Positions 48,261-57,424 of a stretch of 57,424 nucleotides of DNA are shown piece after piece; within the stretch, counting starts at the first letter, position 1, and every line of letters starts with the position of its first letter. The DNA is from Candidatus Woesearchaeota archaeon. GTDB taxonomy: Archaea; Nanobdellota; Nanobdellia; UBA10117; ARS21. Made by a program: the position numbers and the translations under genes. The stretch covers positions 1 to 57,424 of the forward strand of contig JABIPN010000006.1 of the NCBI GenBank assembly GCA_018698915.1. The letters run 5' to 3'. The notes beneath the pieces are model-generated. The model saw only the letters and a list, made by a program, of their open reading frames with translations, was not told the origin of the DNA and searched no databases.

Positions 48261-48428
48261 ATGGCAAAAAAGAATAATACAATGAATTATTGGTATTCCA
48301 TTTATGGTTTGCTTCTTATTGCAGTTGGTTGGATGTCCTTTCGAGGTGGCTGGTCAATTGAAGAGGCTTTTGGTGGATTATTGATGTTATGGGGTTTGAA
48401 GAAACTCTTCATGGGTCGCAATTGTTGA
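48261..48428 (+). CDS. Possible 55-aa two-TM membrane protein (below the ORF-track cutoff)
   Basis: MAKKNNTMNYWYSIYGLLLIAVGWMSFRGGWSIEEAFGGLLMLWGLKKLFMGRNC. TTTATATA at 48232-48239 lies 22-29 nt upstream of the ATG. Confidence 0.35.
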   Translation: MAKKNNTMNYWYSIYGLLLIAVGWMSFRGGWSIEEAFGGLLMLWGLKKLFMGRNC

Positions 48429-48437
48429 TTTGCGACT

Positions 48438-49829
48438 CTATTTCTTTTTGAGAATATAGCTTTTGATAGTATCTTCTAGTTCGAAGCCTTTAGCTTTAAT
48501 CAACTTTCGTATTTTATCTGCAGTTTTGAAATCTTTCTTCAATCTAGCCTTTAGTCTTTTTTCTGCAAGCTGTTTTATTGAAAATGGAATTCTATCAGGT
48601 TTCAAGTTTTTCAAATTAAATCCAAAAATTTCATCAAATCTCAACAATAAGTAAATTTTTTCATTATCGGGAATTTTTTTGTCATTAATAACTTTCCAAG
48701 TTATTGCCAGAGATGTTGGAAGATTCAGATCATCATTAATTGCAGTTTCAAATTGAGTATAATATTTTTCCCCATTTTTACTTGCTTTCAAAGACCCTCG
48801 CGTTTTTGATCTTAAGTCCAAATAAGAAGAATATAATTTTTTTCTTGAATTCTTAGCTGAAGTCATTGCTGTTTTACTAAATATCATTTGTTTTCGATAA
48901 TGTGTTCCCAATGAAAGGTATCTGAAGTCTAAAGGTTCAAATCCTGCCTCCTTCAGTTTCGATAAAGTAATAAAATCACCTGAAGATCTTGCCATTTTTC
49001 CTTTATTTTTATCAATTAAAAATGCACCATGTAACCAATAATTAACCCAAGGTTTTCTATCAAGTGCAGCCTCAGACTGAGCAATTTCATTGTTGTGATG
49101 GATATGTTTTAGGTCTTCACCACCCGTATGGATATCAATAGGAGCTCCCAGGAATTTATTGGCCATTGCAGAACATTCAATATGCCAACCAGGATATCCA
49201 TAACCCCACGGTGAATTCCACTTCATTTCTTGATCTTGGAATTTTGATTTTGTGAACCACAGAATGAAATCATTCCGATTCTTTTTGTTAGGATCTTTTT
49301 TGACTCTAGACTTTGATTTAGTATTCAATCCACCCAACTTATTATTTGAATATTTTGAAGTGTCGAAGTAAATATTACCATCTGCAGAATAAGTATAATC
49401 TCGTTTTTCTAATTTTTTTATCATATTTATTTGTGCACGCAAATTTTCAGTTGCAAGAGTAAATTTATTTGGAGTTTCAATATTCAAATCAGTCAAATCA
49501 TTTTTGAATGCCTTAGTGTAGAAACGTGCGATATCCCATACTGATTTTCCTTCTTTCATTGCAGCCTTTACCATCTTATCTTCACCAGCATCTGCATCAG
49601 AAGATAAATGTCCAATATCAGTTATATTCATTATATGTTTAACTTTGAATTTATTGAATTTGAGTGCGCGTTTTAAGAAATCACTCATTAGAAATGTCCG
49701 ATGATTTCCTATATGAATATAGTTGTATACTGTTGGACCACATGAATAAATTTTAACTTTTCCTCGCACTATTGGTTTGAAAGTTTCTTTCTTTTTTGTT
49801 AAGGAATTATATACTTTTAGACTCATCAA
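48438..49829 (-). CDS. cysS: Cysteinyl-tRNA synthetase
   Basis: HIGH motif (HIGNHRT), KMSKS-type motif (GKMARSSG), Zn-binding Cys/His (CGPT, HIECS). 463 aa. Confidence 0.92.
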   Translation of the reverse strand: MMSLKVYNSLTKKKETFKPIVRGKVKIYSCGPTVYNYIHIGNHRTFLMSDFLKRALKFNKFKVKHIMNITDIGHLSSDADAGEDKMVKAAMKEGKSVWDIARFYTKAFKNDLTDLNIETPNKFTLATENLRAQINMIKKLEKRDYTYSADGNIYFDTSKYSNNKLGGLNTKSKSRVKKDPNKKNRNDFILWFTKSKFQDQEMKWNSPWGYGYPGWHIECSAMANKFLGAPIDIHTGGEDLKHIHHNNEIAQSEAALDRKPWVNYWLHGAFLIDKNKGKMARSSGDFITLSKLKEAGFEPLDFRYLSLGTHYRKQMIFSKTAMTSAKNSRKKLYSSYLDLRSKTRGSLKASKNGEKYYTQFETAINDDLNLPTSLAITWKVINDKKIPDNEKIYLLLRFDEIFGFNLKNLKPDRIPFSIKQLAEKRLKARLKKDFKTADKIRKLIKAKGFELEDTIKSYILKKK

Positions 49830-49878
49830 TTAAAGAGAAATTGAGAAGTCTTAAAAGTTTTGATTAATATCAATAATT

Positions 49879-50448
49879 ATGGCTCAAACTCAACAAGATG
49901 TTTTGAATGCAAGCAAGGAACAGTGTATTTTTTGCAAGATAATATCGGGAGATATATCTGCTGCCAAAATTTATGAAGATGATAAAGTATTTGCATTTCT
50001 TGATATAAATCCAGTCAATGCAGGGCATACGTTAGTTGTCCCAAAAGATCATTATATTGTTCTTCCTCAACTTCCTGATGATTTAGCTATGCATCTCATT
50101 AAAGTTGTCAAATATTTATCTGGAGCAATTTTTGAAATGACTGGAGCACACGGAATAAATATTTATCAAAATAATGGTGCTGCTGCAGGGCAAGAAGTTC
50201 CTCATGTTCATTTCCATATAATTCCTCGACGTCAAGATGATAACGCGATGAGTCCCTGGAATAGAAGTAAAATTGATCCTGAGCAATTGAAGCAAATTGC
50301 TGAAGAAATGGGAAAAAATTTGAAACCAATTAGTAGCTCAACAGTAAAATTAAGTTCTAATACTTCAGTTTCTAAAAAAACTTCCAAACCTAAAAGAAAA
50401 GGTAAACCGGTAAAAGTTAAACGAAGAAATTCAACTAATAGTCCCTAA
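49879..50448 (+). CDS. HIT-family nucleotide hydrolase/transferase with a Lys/Ser-rich C-terminal tail
   Basis: CIFCKII N-terminal motif, histidine triad HVHFHIIPR, ~45-aa basic tail (KKTSKPKRKGKPVKVKRR). Confidence 0.85.
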   Translation: MAQTQQDVLNASKEQCIFCKIISGDISAAKIYEDDKVFAFLDINPVNAGHTLVVPKDHYIVLPQLPDDLAMHLIKVVKYLSGAIFEMTGAHGINIYQNNGAAAGQEVPHVHFHIIPRRQDDNAMSPWNRSKIDPEQLKQIAEEMGKNLKPISSSTVKLSSNTSVSKKTSKPKRKGKPVKVKRRNSTNSP

Positions 50449-50758
50449 AGAAATGATATACGTCGTGATGCATTTTTGCTGAGTCTAATGCACGATTAAC
50501 TTCACCTTTGTGTAAATGTGCTCTCACAACATTACAGTTACTACAACTTAATGCACTATGTGATTTATCATTCATACTTTCCAAATAACTATAAGTTTGA
50601 CTAATTACTTGGCTTAAATTATCAATATGTGCATGTTTTTCTTTCTCTAAATCATGATTTCGAGTAGATACGACACCCATACTCATAAGAGCCCAAACAA
50701 TCACAAAAAAACCTGCTACACCAATTAGAATGTAATGAGATGCTTCTAAGACTACCAT
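50435..50758 (-). CDS. Hypothetical single-pass membrane protein (His/Cys-containing ectodomain)
   Basis: N-terminal TM (ILIGVAGFFVIVWALMSMGVV), then a helical His-rich region with CSNC. Confidence 0.4.
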   Translation of the reverse strand: MVVLEASHYILIGVAGFFVIVWALMSMGVVSTRNHDLEKEKHAHIDNLSQVISQTYSYLESMNDKSHSALSCSNCNVVRAHLHKGEVNRALDSAKMHHDVYHFFRDY

Positions 50759-50783
50759 TAATAACTGGATGCGCTACTCCTTT

Positions 50784-51614
50784 TTATATTTTACTTATAA
50801 TGAAAGGTATTATTTGAAAGATAATATCTCCCACGTAACCTGAAATGATTATTGAAAATAAAAAAGAAGGTCCAAACGCAATCCCAGTCTTAATTTCGAT
50901 TTGTTTTTTATATTCTTTCTGTATTTTCTTAATATCTTCTTCAAAAACGCCTGTTTTTCTAACTTTGTAAATCAATTTATTTCCAATTTTAAGATCTTTA
51001 GTTAACCAATCACCTTCAGTTAATTGAGATGGTTTGATTTTTTTGATGAATAAGTGTTTTTGAATTATTATTGCGAGATAAGTAAGAGATATGCCGATTG
51101 CAAAGATTGGTAAGATGAACAATGAAGGATTTTTAATTATTACTGGAATTATAATAGTGATTAGTGAAATCATTAGCAAACTTTTCACCCTTGGTGCAAT
51201 TTTAATTAACTTATTCCAATTTTTGACAGTCAAATAAGTCATAATTAATATTGAATAAACTCCACCAAGTAAGAATAAATTTACAGTAAATGTTAAAATA
51301 AACGGAATTGGAGTTGTATGATAAGTTGGCAACATTGCAGCTACACCTACCAAAAGTTTTGCATCGCCTCCACCCCACTGCCCACTAACGAAGAGTAGTG
51401 TTGCAATTATTAGTGCAAGAATTAATGAAATTCCAAGTGCATAAATTGGACCAAAAGATTTACTGGTTGTAGCAAGAAGTACTTGTGCCGAGATTCCGAA
51501 AATAATTAGGAAATAAGAAATTGAATCAGGAATTTCAAAAGTTTTAAGATCTGATATTGTTGCAAGCAATATTGCTAAAGTGGTTATTCCTAATAGAAAA
51601 AATTGTTCTTGCAT
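50784..51614 (-). CDS. A24-family prepilin/preflagellin (archaellin) peptidase
   Basis: First Asp block FEIPD, second catalytic block GQWGGGDAKLL. Polytopic membrane protein. Confidence 0.75.
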   Translation of the reverse strand: MQEQFFLLGITTLAILLATISDLKTFEIPDSISYFLIIFGISAQVLLATTSKSFGPIYALGISLILALIIATLLFVSGQWGGGDAKLLVGVAAMLPTYHTTPIPFILTFTVNLFLLGGVYSILIMTYLTVKNWNKLIKIAPRVKSLLMISLITIIIPVIIKNPSLFILPIFAIGISLTYLAIIIQKHLFIKKIKPSQLTEGDWLTKDLKIGNKLIYKVRKTGVFEEDIKKIQKEYKKQIEIKTGIAFGPSFLFSIIISGYVGDIIFQIIPFIISKI

Positions 51615-51650
51615 AAATATTCATATTACCTAACTTTATTATATTTTGGC

Positions 51651-52646
51651 TTATGCAGATTCAATACCTTTTGCAGTTATCTTGAATATTGCTTCACCTT
51701 CAGGTAAACAAGGAGAATCTACTAATCTTGCAATTCTTTTTCCGGCCTTTCCCCGTCTTAAATATATTCTGAATTGAGATGCATGTCCAAGAATGTGTCC
51801 ACCAATTGCTGCAGTAGGATTTCCAAAGAATACATCAGGTCTTGATTGAACTTGATTTGTTATGTATATTGCTAAATTATGTTTGTCTGCTAAACGTTGA
51901 AGTGAATGCAGGTGCCTATTCAGTTTTTGTTGTCGGACTGCCAAAGTTCCTCGTCCAGCATATTCTGAACGGAATAAACTCATCAAAGAGTCTACAATTA
52001 CTAGTTTGATATTTTTACCTTGTCTGTGAATTAATTCATCGACTTTATCAACTAAAAGCATTTGATGATCTGAAGTATAAGCTCTTGCAACCATAATTCT
52101 ATCCAATATTTTTTTAGGATTCAATCCTCTGGCTTCCGCCATTTGAGTTATTCGTTCAGGTCTAAAAGTATTTTCAGTATCAATGAATACAACGTCAGCA
52201 TTCAGACCACCTTTCTTTTTAGGTAATTGTACATTGACTGCCAATTGCATTGCAATTTGAGATTTTCCCGAACCAAATGCACCATATGTTTCACTAATAC
52301 TTTGAGTTTCAATACCTCCTCCGAGAAGTTCATCTAACTCTGGAGCACCAGTTGTTAATCTTTCAATAGTTGTACGTTTTTTTACTAATTCCGAACCTGT
52401 TGAAAAGCCCATATCCATAGCATTCCGTGCAGCAATTTGTGCTTTCATTGCCCCAGCCTGAGTCATTCCAGAAGAATCTGCAATTTGTGCAACTGGCGCA
52501 ACTGCAATAGACATTATTGTATCATACCCTGCTTCCCTAAGTTTATCTGCAGTTGTTGGTCCAACACCTGGAAGATCTTCAAGTTCTTTAGGAACTTCTT
52601 CTTCAAGTTCTTCCTTTTCAACAAGTTTTTCTTTTTCCTTTACCAT
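51651..52646 (-). CDS. radA: RadA recombinase
   Basis: N-terminal HhH ([20 protein letters not shown]), Walker [10 protein letters not shown], Walker B LVIVDSL. 331 aa. Confidence 0.93.
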   Translation of the reverse strand: MVKEKEKLVEKEELEEEVPKELEDLPGVGPTTADKLREAGYDTIMSIAVAPVAQIADSSGMTQAGAMKAQIAARNAMDMGFSTGSELVKKRTTIERLTTGAPELDELLGGGIETQSISETYGAFGSGKSQIAMQLAVNVQLPKKKGGLNADVVFIDTENTFRPERITQMAEARGLNPKKILDRIMVARAYTSDHQMLLVDKVDELIHRQGKNIKLVIVDSLMSLFRSEYAGRGTLAVRQQKLNRHLHSLQRLADKHNLAIYITNQVQSRPDVFFGNPTAAIGGHILGHASQFRIYLRRGKAGKRIARLVDSPCLPEGEAIFKITAKGIESA

Positions 52647-53647
52647 TATTTCTTCCCGAGCATTTGCTCTACAATTTTCTTTGGGTCTAAGTTATTATTT
52701 ACTGAATTAACTGAAAGTTCAGTGCGATCATAAGCTTTATTTTCTCTAATTGTTCCCTGAATTTCAATTACACTTCCTAAAAATTCTACTGCAATTTCTT
52801 CAATTGGTTTAGCTAAAATTATTTCACTAAGTTCATCAGCGTTCATTCCAACTAATTCTTCTCCACTCGATCCAAAACACGTCGCTCTAATGTTTCCCTT
52901 ACCATCATCAATTACAAAATTGAAAATTAAGGTTTTATTTGCTTTAACATCACCATGAGTTGAACATTTGAATTTATCGCCATCTGGACTGACCTTTTTT
53001 CTACATTCAGGACAGGCATCATAGAATCTAGGTTCTGCTACATTTACAACAGTTCCTCTAATGTTTACAGGATTACCTAAAATTGGTTTATCGAGAGATG
53101 TATCTTCTGCTTTCTGTTCCTTTGCTTCTGAGATTTTTACATCCAATTCATCTTGATTTATCAGAATTTGACTGCGCGAAGTTAATTGCATTTCTTTTCC
53201 AGAATACTTATTTTCTTTTATACTTGAACCTTTGATTCTAACAACATCACCAAGATTTAATCTTGATTCTTTAACTAAATCTGCTCTTTTATCCCAAAGA
53301 GTTGTTCTAATTTGTCCAGTTTCATCTGCTAACATAATTGGAACAAAATCAATCGTCCTTCCGTCTCTTTTGAAATTTCTAGTCTCAAAGATTTGCGCGA
53401 CTTTTGCTACAAGTTCAACACCACTCATTCCTGGATGCATTTCTTTAATTTTCAGAACCTTAGTTGCTGGATCTTCAAATAATTTTACATTTAATTCTGA
53501 TGCAATAATATATGCTGCTCCTTCTTCAGACACAAGATCCTTTAGTGAATCCATTTTTTCTTTTATTTTTTCTTTGACTTCGTCTTCGGATAATCCAGCT
53601 TGTCCTGCAATTTTTTTAATAATCTCATCGATAGGTACATGAATCAT
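52646..53647 (-). CDS. Replication protein A-type ssDNA-binding protein (two OB folds, one with a zinc ribbon)
   Basis: OB1 ([16 protein letters not shown]...[12 protein letters not shown]), OB2 interrupted by CPECRKK..x..CSTHG. 1-nt stop/start overlap with radA. Confidence 0.8.
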   Translation of the reverse strand: MIHVPIDEIIKKIAGQAGLSEDEVKEKIKEKMDSLKDLVSEEGAAYIIASELNVKLFEDPATKVLKIKEMHPGMSGVELVAKVAQIFETRNFKRDGRTIDFVPIMLADETGQIRTTLWDKRADLVKESRLNLGDVVRIKGSSIKENKYSGKEMQLTSRSQILINQDELDVKISEAKEQKAEDTSLDKPILGNPVNIRGTVVNVAEPRFYDACPECRKKVSPDGDKFKCSTHGDVKANKTLIFNFVIDDGKGNIRATCFGSSGEELVGMNADELSEIILAKPIEEIAVEFLGSVIEIQGTIRENKAYDRTELSVNSVNNNLDPKKIVEQMLGKK

Positions 53648-53707
53648 TTTACAGTTCCACCTACTTTAGTTTTAAGCTTTTATTTACTAAATTGGTGGTG
53701 ACAGAAT

Positions 53708-55048
53708 TTATATTGTTTTATTTTGATTAACGTCACCTTTTTCCTTTACAGCTTCAATTAGTGATTTTAACATAGCATTAGGAATTGCCTTAGGATTTGA
53801 ACCTCCGTGCCATGAATTTCTTGGCCGGATTTGCACTTGCATAATTTTTTCATTCGTATCGTCTAAAATTATTGCAGAACCTCCAACTCTTGGCAACGAA
53901 TCAAGATTTTTTTGCAAATCTGTTGCAAGATATGACTGCATAACTTCATTAAGTGCTTTAAGATCCATATTTGAAGTTAGACGATGAGAAATTACTGTGT
54001 CTGATTGAGTCATTACATCTGTATCAATCTTTCCTGGTTGCTGAGTTGCTAAAATTAATGATATTCCTGGCTGCCTACCTTCCTTTAATATTCGTCTAAG
54101 TGCTCCACTCGCTAAAGTTGATCCCTCGCGAGGTAAGAATTCATGAGCTTCATCAATTAATATCCATAAGAGTGGTGCCTTTTTTTCTCCAAATTCACCA
54201 CTTATTTCTTTAAGCTCTTCTTTTCTTCGTTCAGACATTCTAGATCTTATTACATAATTACATATGTGAGATATTATTAATGAACGAATCATGTCTCCAT
54301 CATCTGATTCTGCATAAGGTGATAGATCAATTATGGCAGTCTGTCCACCATCCGTAAGTTCAATAAGATTGGTACCTGCTTCATCAAAAATCCCCCATTT
54401 TTTTATTGCCCTCAATTTACTCAAAATTAGTTTCGCATCATTTTCGTCTGCATCTTTATCATTTTTGATTGATTTCATTAACTGATTTAATGAAAAATTT
54501 GGAGTATCTTCTTTTATTATTGCAATTGCACGTTCGAGAAGCAAACTTGCCATACTAAGTTCATCAATTTTAAAAATTTCAGACCATTCTTTTGCACTCA
54601 TAGTGTTTGGTTTTATTGCCAGAGGTTTGTCTGCAGGAAATCCTTCTCTTTGGTATTCATCGAATTTTCCAATCGGGCTATAAACAGTTATGTCTGCAGC
54701 CTTCGGTTCTAATTTCCATTCACTCAATAGTTTCGCATCACGAAGGTTTGGATTTTTCATACTCCAATAAATTCCCATCGTGTCAAAAATTATTGTAGAA
54801 ATGTTTTGTTTGATTTCAGGTTCTAAGTCTGCAATTCCTTCAGCTATAACGCCTAAAGTGTAAGATTTACCTGAGCCTCTTTTTCCGGCGATTAGAATTG
54901 CATGAGGTTTGTTAATATCTAAATGAATTGGATTTGCAAGAGATAAAGCACGTTCCATTTGAACATAATGTTTTCCTAGAAGAATTGTTCCTTTAGTTCC
55001 TAGCAATCTTTGATCTTTTGGTGAACGTCCAATTATGATTTCATACAT
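53708..55048 (-). CDS. HerA/FtsK-superfamily (DUF87-type) P-loop ATPase
   Basis: Walker A IAGKRGSGKSYT near residue 55, Walker B ILIDEAHEFLP, ILATQQPGKIDTDVMTQSDTVISHRL block. It lacks the long HAS-barrel N-terminus of canonical HerA. Confidence 0.65.
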   Translation of the reverse strand: MYEIIIGRSPKDQRLLGTKGTILLGKHYVQMERALSLANPIHLDINKPHAILIAGKRGSGKSYTLGVIAEGIADLEPEIKQNISTIIFDTMGIYWSMKNPNLRDAKLLSEWKLEPKAADITVYSPIGKFDEYQREGFPADKPLAIKPNTMSAKEWSEIFKIDELSMASLLLERAIAIIKEDTPNFSLNQLMKSIKNDKDADENDAKLILSKLRAIKKWGIFDEAGTNLIELTDGGQTAIIDLSPYAESDDGDMIRSLIISHICNYVIRSRMSERRKEELKEISGEFGEKKAPLLWILIDEAHEFLPREGSTLASGALRRILKEGRQPGISLILATQQPGKIDTDVMTQSDTVISHRLTSNMDLKALNEVMQSYLATDLQKNLDSLPRVGGSAIILDDTNEKIMQVQIRPRNSWHGGSNPKAIPNAMLKSLIEAVKEKGDVNQNKTI

Positions 55049-55082
55049 GTTTATTATTTGTTTTTATTTAATAAAAGGTTAG

Positions 55083-55164
55083 CGCCAACGGCAGGATTCG
55101 AACCTGCAACTCCAAAGGAACTCGCTTTCGAGGCGAGCGCAATACCAGATTATGCGACGTTGGC
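55083..55164 (-). tRNA. tRNA-Ser (anticodon CGA)
   Basis: Acceptor GCCAACG/CGTTGGC, anticodon stem CTCGC/GCGAG with loop CTCGAAA, 13-nt long variable arm (TTCCTTTGGAGTT), T-arm GCAGG-TTCGAAT-CCTGC, discriminator G73. 82 nt, no CCA, no intron. Confidence 0.88.
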
Positions 55165-55187
55165 TTACAAATCCGTCTAAAATTTAG

Positions 55188-55195
55188 TTTATTAA
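55188..55195 (-). promoter_or_regulatory. TATA box of tRNA-Ser
   Basis: TTAATAAA on the minus strand, 24-31 nt upstream of tRNA +1. Identical spacing to the tRNA-Cys promoter. Confidence 0.5.
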
Positions 55196-55206
55196 CCTTT
55201 TGAATC

Positions 55207-55596
55207 CTATAGCAAAATTATGGCTAAAGCCATTCCGCCCATAATTATATCTTCAATCAAAGTAAATTTTGTCAGATTTATGTTTAATTTGTGACCAAGT
55301 TTTCCCAAGCAAGCACACTGAACCTTCTTATGTGTCTTTAATGATTTTATTACTCCAGCCACACCAATTATCATCAGTACCAATAAAATTCCTGCCACAA
55401 TTTTTACATTCCAAGAAGCCAAGAAAGTTCCACCAATTAATAATTCAAGTATAGGATATGAATATGCGTAAGAATTACTTCGCATCGCTATTAAATCATA
55501 TTTTGAGAAATTCTCTGCGAATTTTTTCCAGTCAAAAACCTTGAGTAGTCCGACTGCAATCAAAAACCAACCCATAATTTGCGTCATTAATAACAT
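55207..55596 (-). CDS. MauE/DoxX-like four-TM membrane protein
   Basis: Four hydrophobic helices plus a CACLGK motif like the MauE CxC(F/L)G block. Confidence 0.45.
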   Translation of the reverse strand: MLLMTQIMGWFLIAVGLLKVFDWKKFAENFSKYDLIAMRSNSYAYSYPILELLIGGTFLASWNVKIVAGILLVLMIIGVAGVIKSLKTHKKVQCACLGKLGHKLNINLTKFTLIEDIIMGGMALAIILL

Positions 55597-55665
55597 GAAT
55601 ATGTTTGATGCCCAATCTATTAAACATTTGCTACATTTTTTAAGTTTTGATTATTGTGGAAAGTT

Positions 55666-56529
55666 ATGAAGAAGATAGGAATAGTGGGAAACGGTTATGT
55701 TGGCGGCGCAATTGCTCATGGCTTTTCACCAGCATCTACAGGAAATTGTATAATAAAAGTTAATGATAAGTTACCTGAAAGATCATTAAATACTTTGGAA
55801 GAAACAGTAAATGATAGTGATTTTATTTTCGTATCAGTTCCAACACCAATGACTAAAGAAGGTTCAATAAGTCTAAAATATGTTGATCAAGTTTTCAAGG
55901 AAATAAATGAAGTCAATAAACAAACTGATAATATTATTATTTTGAAATCGACAGTCATTCCTGGAACAACTGAGAAATTACAAGCGAAGTTTCCTGAATT
56001 AAATATAGTATTTAATCCAGAATTTTTAACTGAGCGTTCTTCAAGATTAGATTTTATAAATCAAAGTAGAATTATTCTTGGCGGAGATAAAGAACATACT
56101 ACAAAAGTTGCAAAATTATACACAGATCGATTCAAGTATTGTAAGGTCATTGAAACAGATCACAAGACTTCAGAGGTTGTTAAGTATTTTAGCAATATCT
56201 TCTTTTCAGTAAAAGTATCATTCGCAAATGAGATGAAACTTATTTGTGAAAAGATTGGAGCAGATTGGGACACTGCACTTGAAGGATTTGTTGCAGATGG
56301 TAGAATTGCTGATTCACATTTGAATGTTCCTGGACTGGACGGTAAGAGAGGTTTTGGTGGAAGTTGTTTTCCAAAAGATATCAATGCTTTCATGGCATTT
56401 TCAAAAGAGATTGGAGTAAATACTCATACAATAAATGGCGCGTGGGAAACAAATCTAGAAGTTAGACCTGAACAAGATTGGAACAAACTTAAAGGTAGAG
56501 CAATCGAAGAGGATTCAAATGAAAGTTAG
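55666..56529 (+). CDS. UDP-glucose/GDP-mannose dehydrogenase-family protein lacking the C-terminal nucleotide-sugar-binding domain
   Basis: IGIVGNGYVGGAIAHGF Rossmann, NPEFLTE, catalytic GFGGSCFPKD, but the protein ends ~55 aa later (288 aa from ATG 55666). The ORF opens at TTG 55654. Confidence 0.6.
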   Translation: MKKIGIVGNGYVGGAIAHGFSPASTGNCIIKVNDKLPERSLNTLEETVNDSDFIFVSVPTPMTKEGSISLKYVDQVFKEINEVNKQTDNIIILKSTVIPGTTEKLQAKFPELNIVFNPEFLTERSSRLDFINQSRIILGGDKEHTTKVAKLYTDRFKYCKVIETDHKTSEVVKYFSNIFFSVKVSFANEMKLICEKIGADWDTALEGFVADGRIADSHLNVPGLDGKRGFGGSCFPKDINAFMAFSKEIGVNTHTINGAWETNLEVRPEQDWNKLKGRAIEEDSNES

Positions 56530-57361
56530 AAAGGCTATAATTCCGGCAGCAGGTCAAGGAACTAGATTATTGCCTGCAACTAAGACTCAACCAAAAGAAA
56601 TGTTACCGATTTATGATACTCCTGTTATTCAATTAGTAGTTGAAGAAGCAGTCAAGTCAGGAATAACTGAAATTTTAATAATTACGGGTGAAAATAAACA
56701 TTCATTGGAAAAACATTTTGATATTATAAATACGGAAAATGGAAAACTTAAGGAATTCAATAAATTGTTAGAAAAAGTAGACATTACATTTAAGCGTCAG
56801 AGCAATCCTCGAGGTTTAGGTGATGCAATATTGCGTGCGAAGAATTTTGCGCACGGGGAGCCCTGTGCTATTTTGCTTGGAGACGATTTCTATCTTAATT
56901 GTGAAACTCCTGCAACAAAACAATTGATTGATATCTATGAAAATTTGGAGTATCCGGCAACAATTGTAGGTGTTGAGATTTTGTCTAAAGAAAAAATGAC
57001 TAAGAAAGGAATGGTTATTGTAAAAGGTGAATCTAATGAGGTTGAAAATATAATTGAGAAACCAAATATTGATTCTGTTGTTTCTGATTTAGCAATCAGC
57101 GGTAGATATATTGTTGCACCCGAAATTTTTGAAAAACTTGAGAAGGTTACAGAGAGTTCTCGTGGTGAAATTGAATTAACTGATGGACTTGCTGACCTGT
57201 TAAAAGATAATTTAAAAATATATTCTCATTTGATTAATGGCACCAGAATTGATGTTGGTAATCCTACAGAATATTTAATTGCAAATTTAAAATATGCAAT
57301 GTTAGATGAATCTGTTAAGAAAGAAGTTATCAAAGTTATCAAATCTGAATTAGACAATTAG
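56519..57361 (+). CDS. galU: UTP--glucose-1-phosphate uridylyltransferase
   Basis: KAIIPAAGQGTRLLPATKTQPKEMLPI N-terminal signature, GLGDAIL, LLGDD. 11-nt overlap with the preceding gene. Confidence 0.85.
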   Translation: MKVRKAIIPAAGQGTRLLPATKTQPKEMLPIYDTPVIQLVVEEAVKSGITEILIITGENKHSLEKHFDIINTENGKLKEFNKLLEKVDITFKRQSNPRGLGDAILRAKNFAHGEPCAILLGDDFYLNCETPATKQLIDIYENLEYPATIVGVEILSKEKMTKKGMVIVKGESNEVENIIEKPNIDSVVSDLAISGRYIVAPEIFEKLEKVTESSRGEIELTDGLADLLKDNLKIYSHLINGTRIDVGNPTEYLIANLKYAMLDESVKKEVIKVIKSELDN

Positions 57362-57424
57362 TTTTTTTCAATTGTTTCTGAACCAACAATTATTTTTTTA
57401 CCTAGTTTTTCATCAAGTCCTTTG
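57358..57424 (-). CDS. 3' end of an unidentified CDS entering from beyond the window
   Basis: The minus-strand frame is open from the window edge and reads ...KGLDEKLGKKIIVGSETIEKN-stop. Too short to name. Confidence 0.2.
   Translation of the reverse strand, partial: KGLDEKLGKKIIVGSETIEKN

Noticed and set aside
48086-48277. 63-aa plus-strand ORF from the ORF track
   Set aside because: It is the antisense reading of tRNA-Cys plus its promoter. The GC-rich tRNA explains the open frame.
53651-53662. GTTCCAC upstream of the RPA gene as a further ORB half-site
   Set aside because: It is a single 7-mer with no dyad or G-string, and is compatible with chance.

Overview
Visibly AT-rich, very gene-dense archaeal chromosome segment. 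Archaeal markers are PolD plus family-B polymerase, Orc1/Cdc6, RadA/RadB, membrane LonB, CDC48 and a presenilin homologue. The small-genome style (many ATGA/TAATG/GTGA start-stop overlaps, TATA-like octamers 20-30 nt upstream of start codons, no obvious Shine-Dalgarno) suggests a DPANN-like organism; this lineage call is inference only. Bases 1-18310 form a surface-glycan island. It holds a Wzx-type flippase and about 7 glycosyltransferase-like genes, including a KpsS/C-like and a GT9 heptosyltransferase. It also encodes three bacterial-flavoured activated-sugar routes: GDP-mannose dehydratase plus a ColD-like 3-dehydratase, a CMP-nonulosonate module (NeuA/NeuB/HAD), and an ADP-heptose pathway (GmhA/HldE/GmhB). 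Bases 18311-57424 are core information processing. Replication genes are PolD large and small subunits, Orc1/Cdc6, PolB and TopA. Repair and recombination genes are a Hef helicase and ERCC4 nuclease as two ORFs, RadB, RPA-RadA, a HerA/FtsK-like ATPase and a Cas4/Dna2-like nuclease. Also present are a histone-fold protein, proteostasis genes (LonB, CDC48, M17 and MetAP peptidases, presenilin-type and A24 peptidases), SerRS, CysRS, tRNA-Cys(GCA) and tRNA-Ser(CGA). The strongest non-genic signals are two. First, an oriC-like architecture upstream of orc1/cdc6: inverted ORB-like boxes flanking a ~105-bp, ~10% GC stretch. Second, about 4.7 kb away, the best consensus ORB in the window sits inside a dense array of TTTCCA half-sites, next to a coiled-coil winged-helix gene and the PolD-large/Cas4-like operon. 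I saw no CRISPR array, rRNA, transposase or integrase. All functional calls rest on motif recognition by eye; no database search was run.
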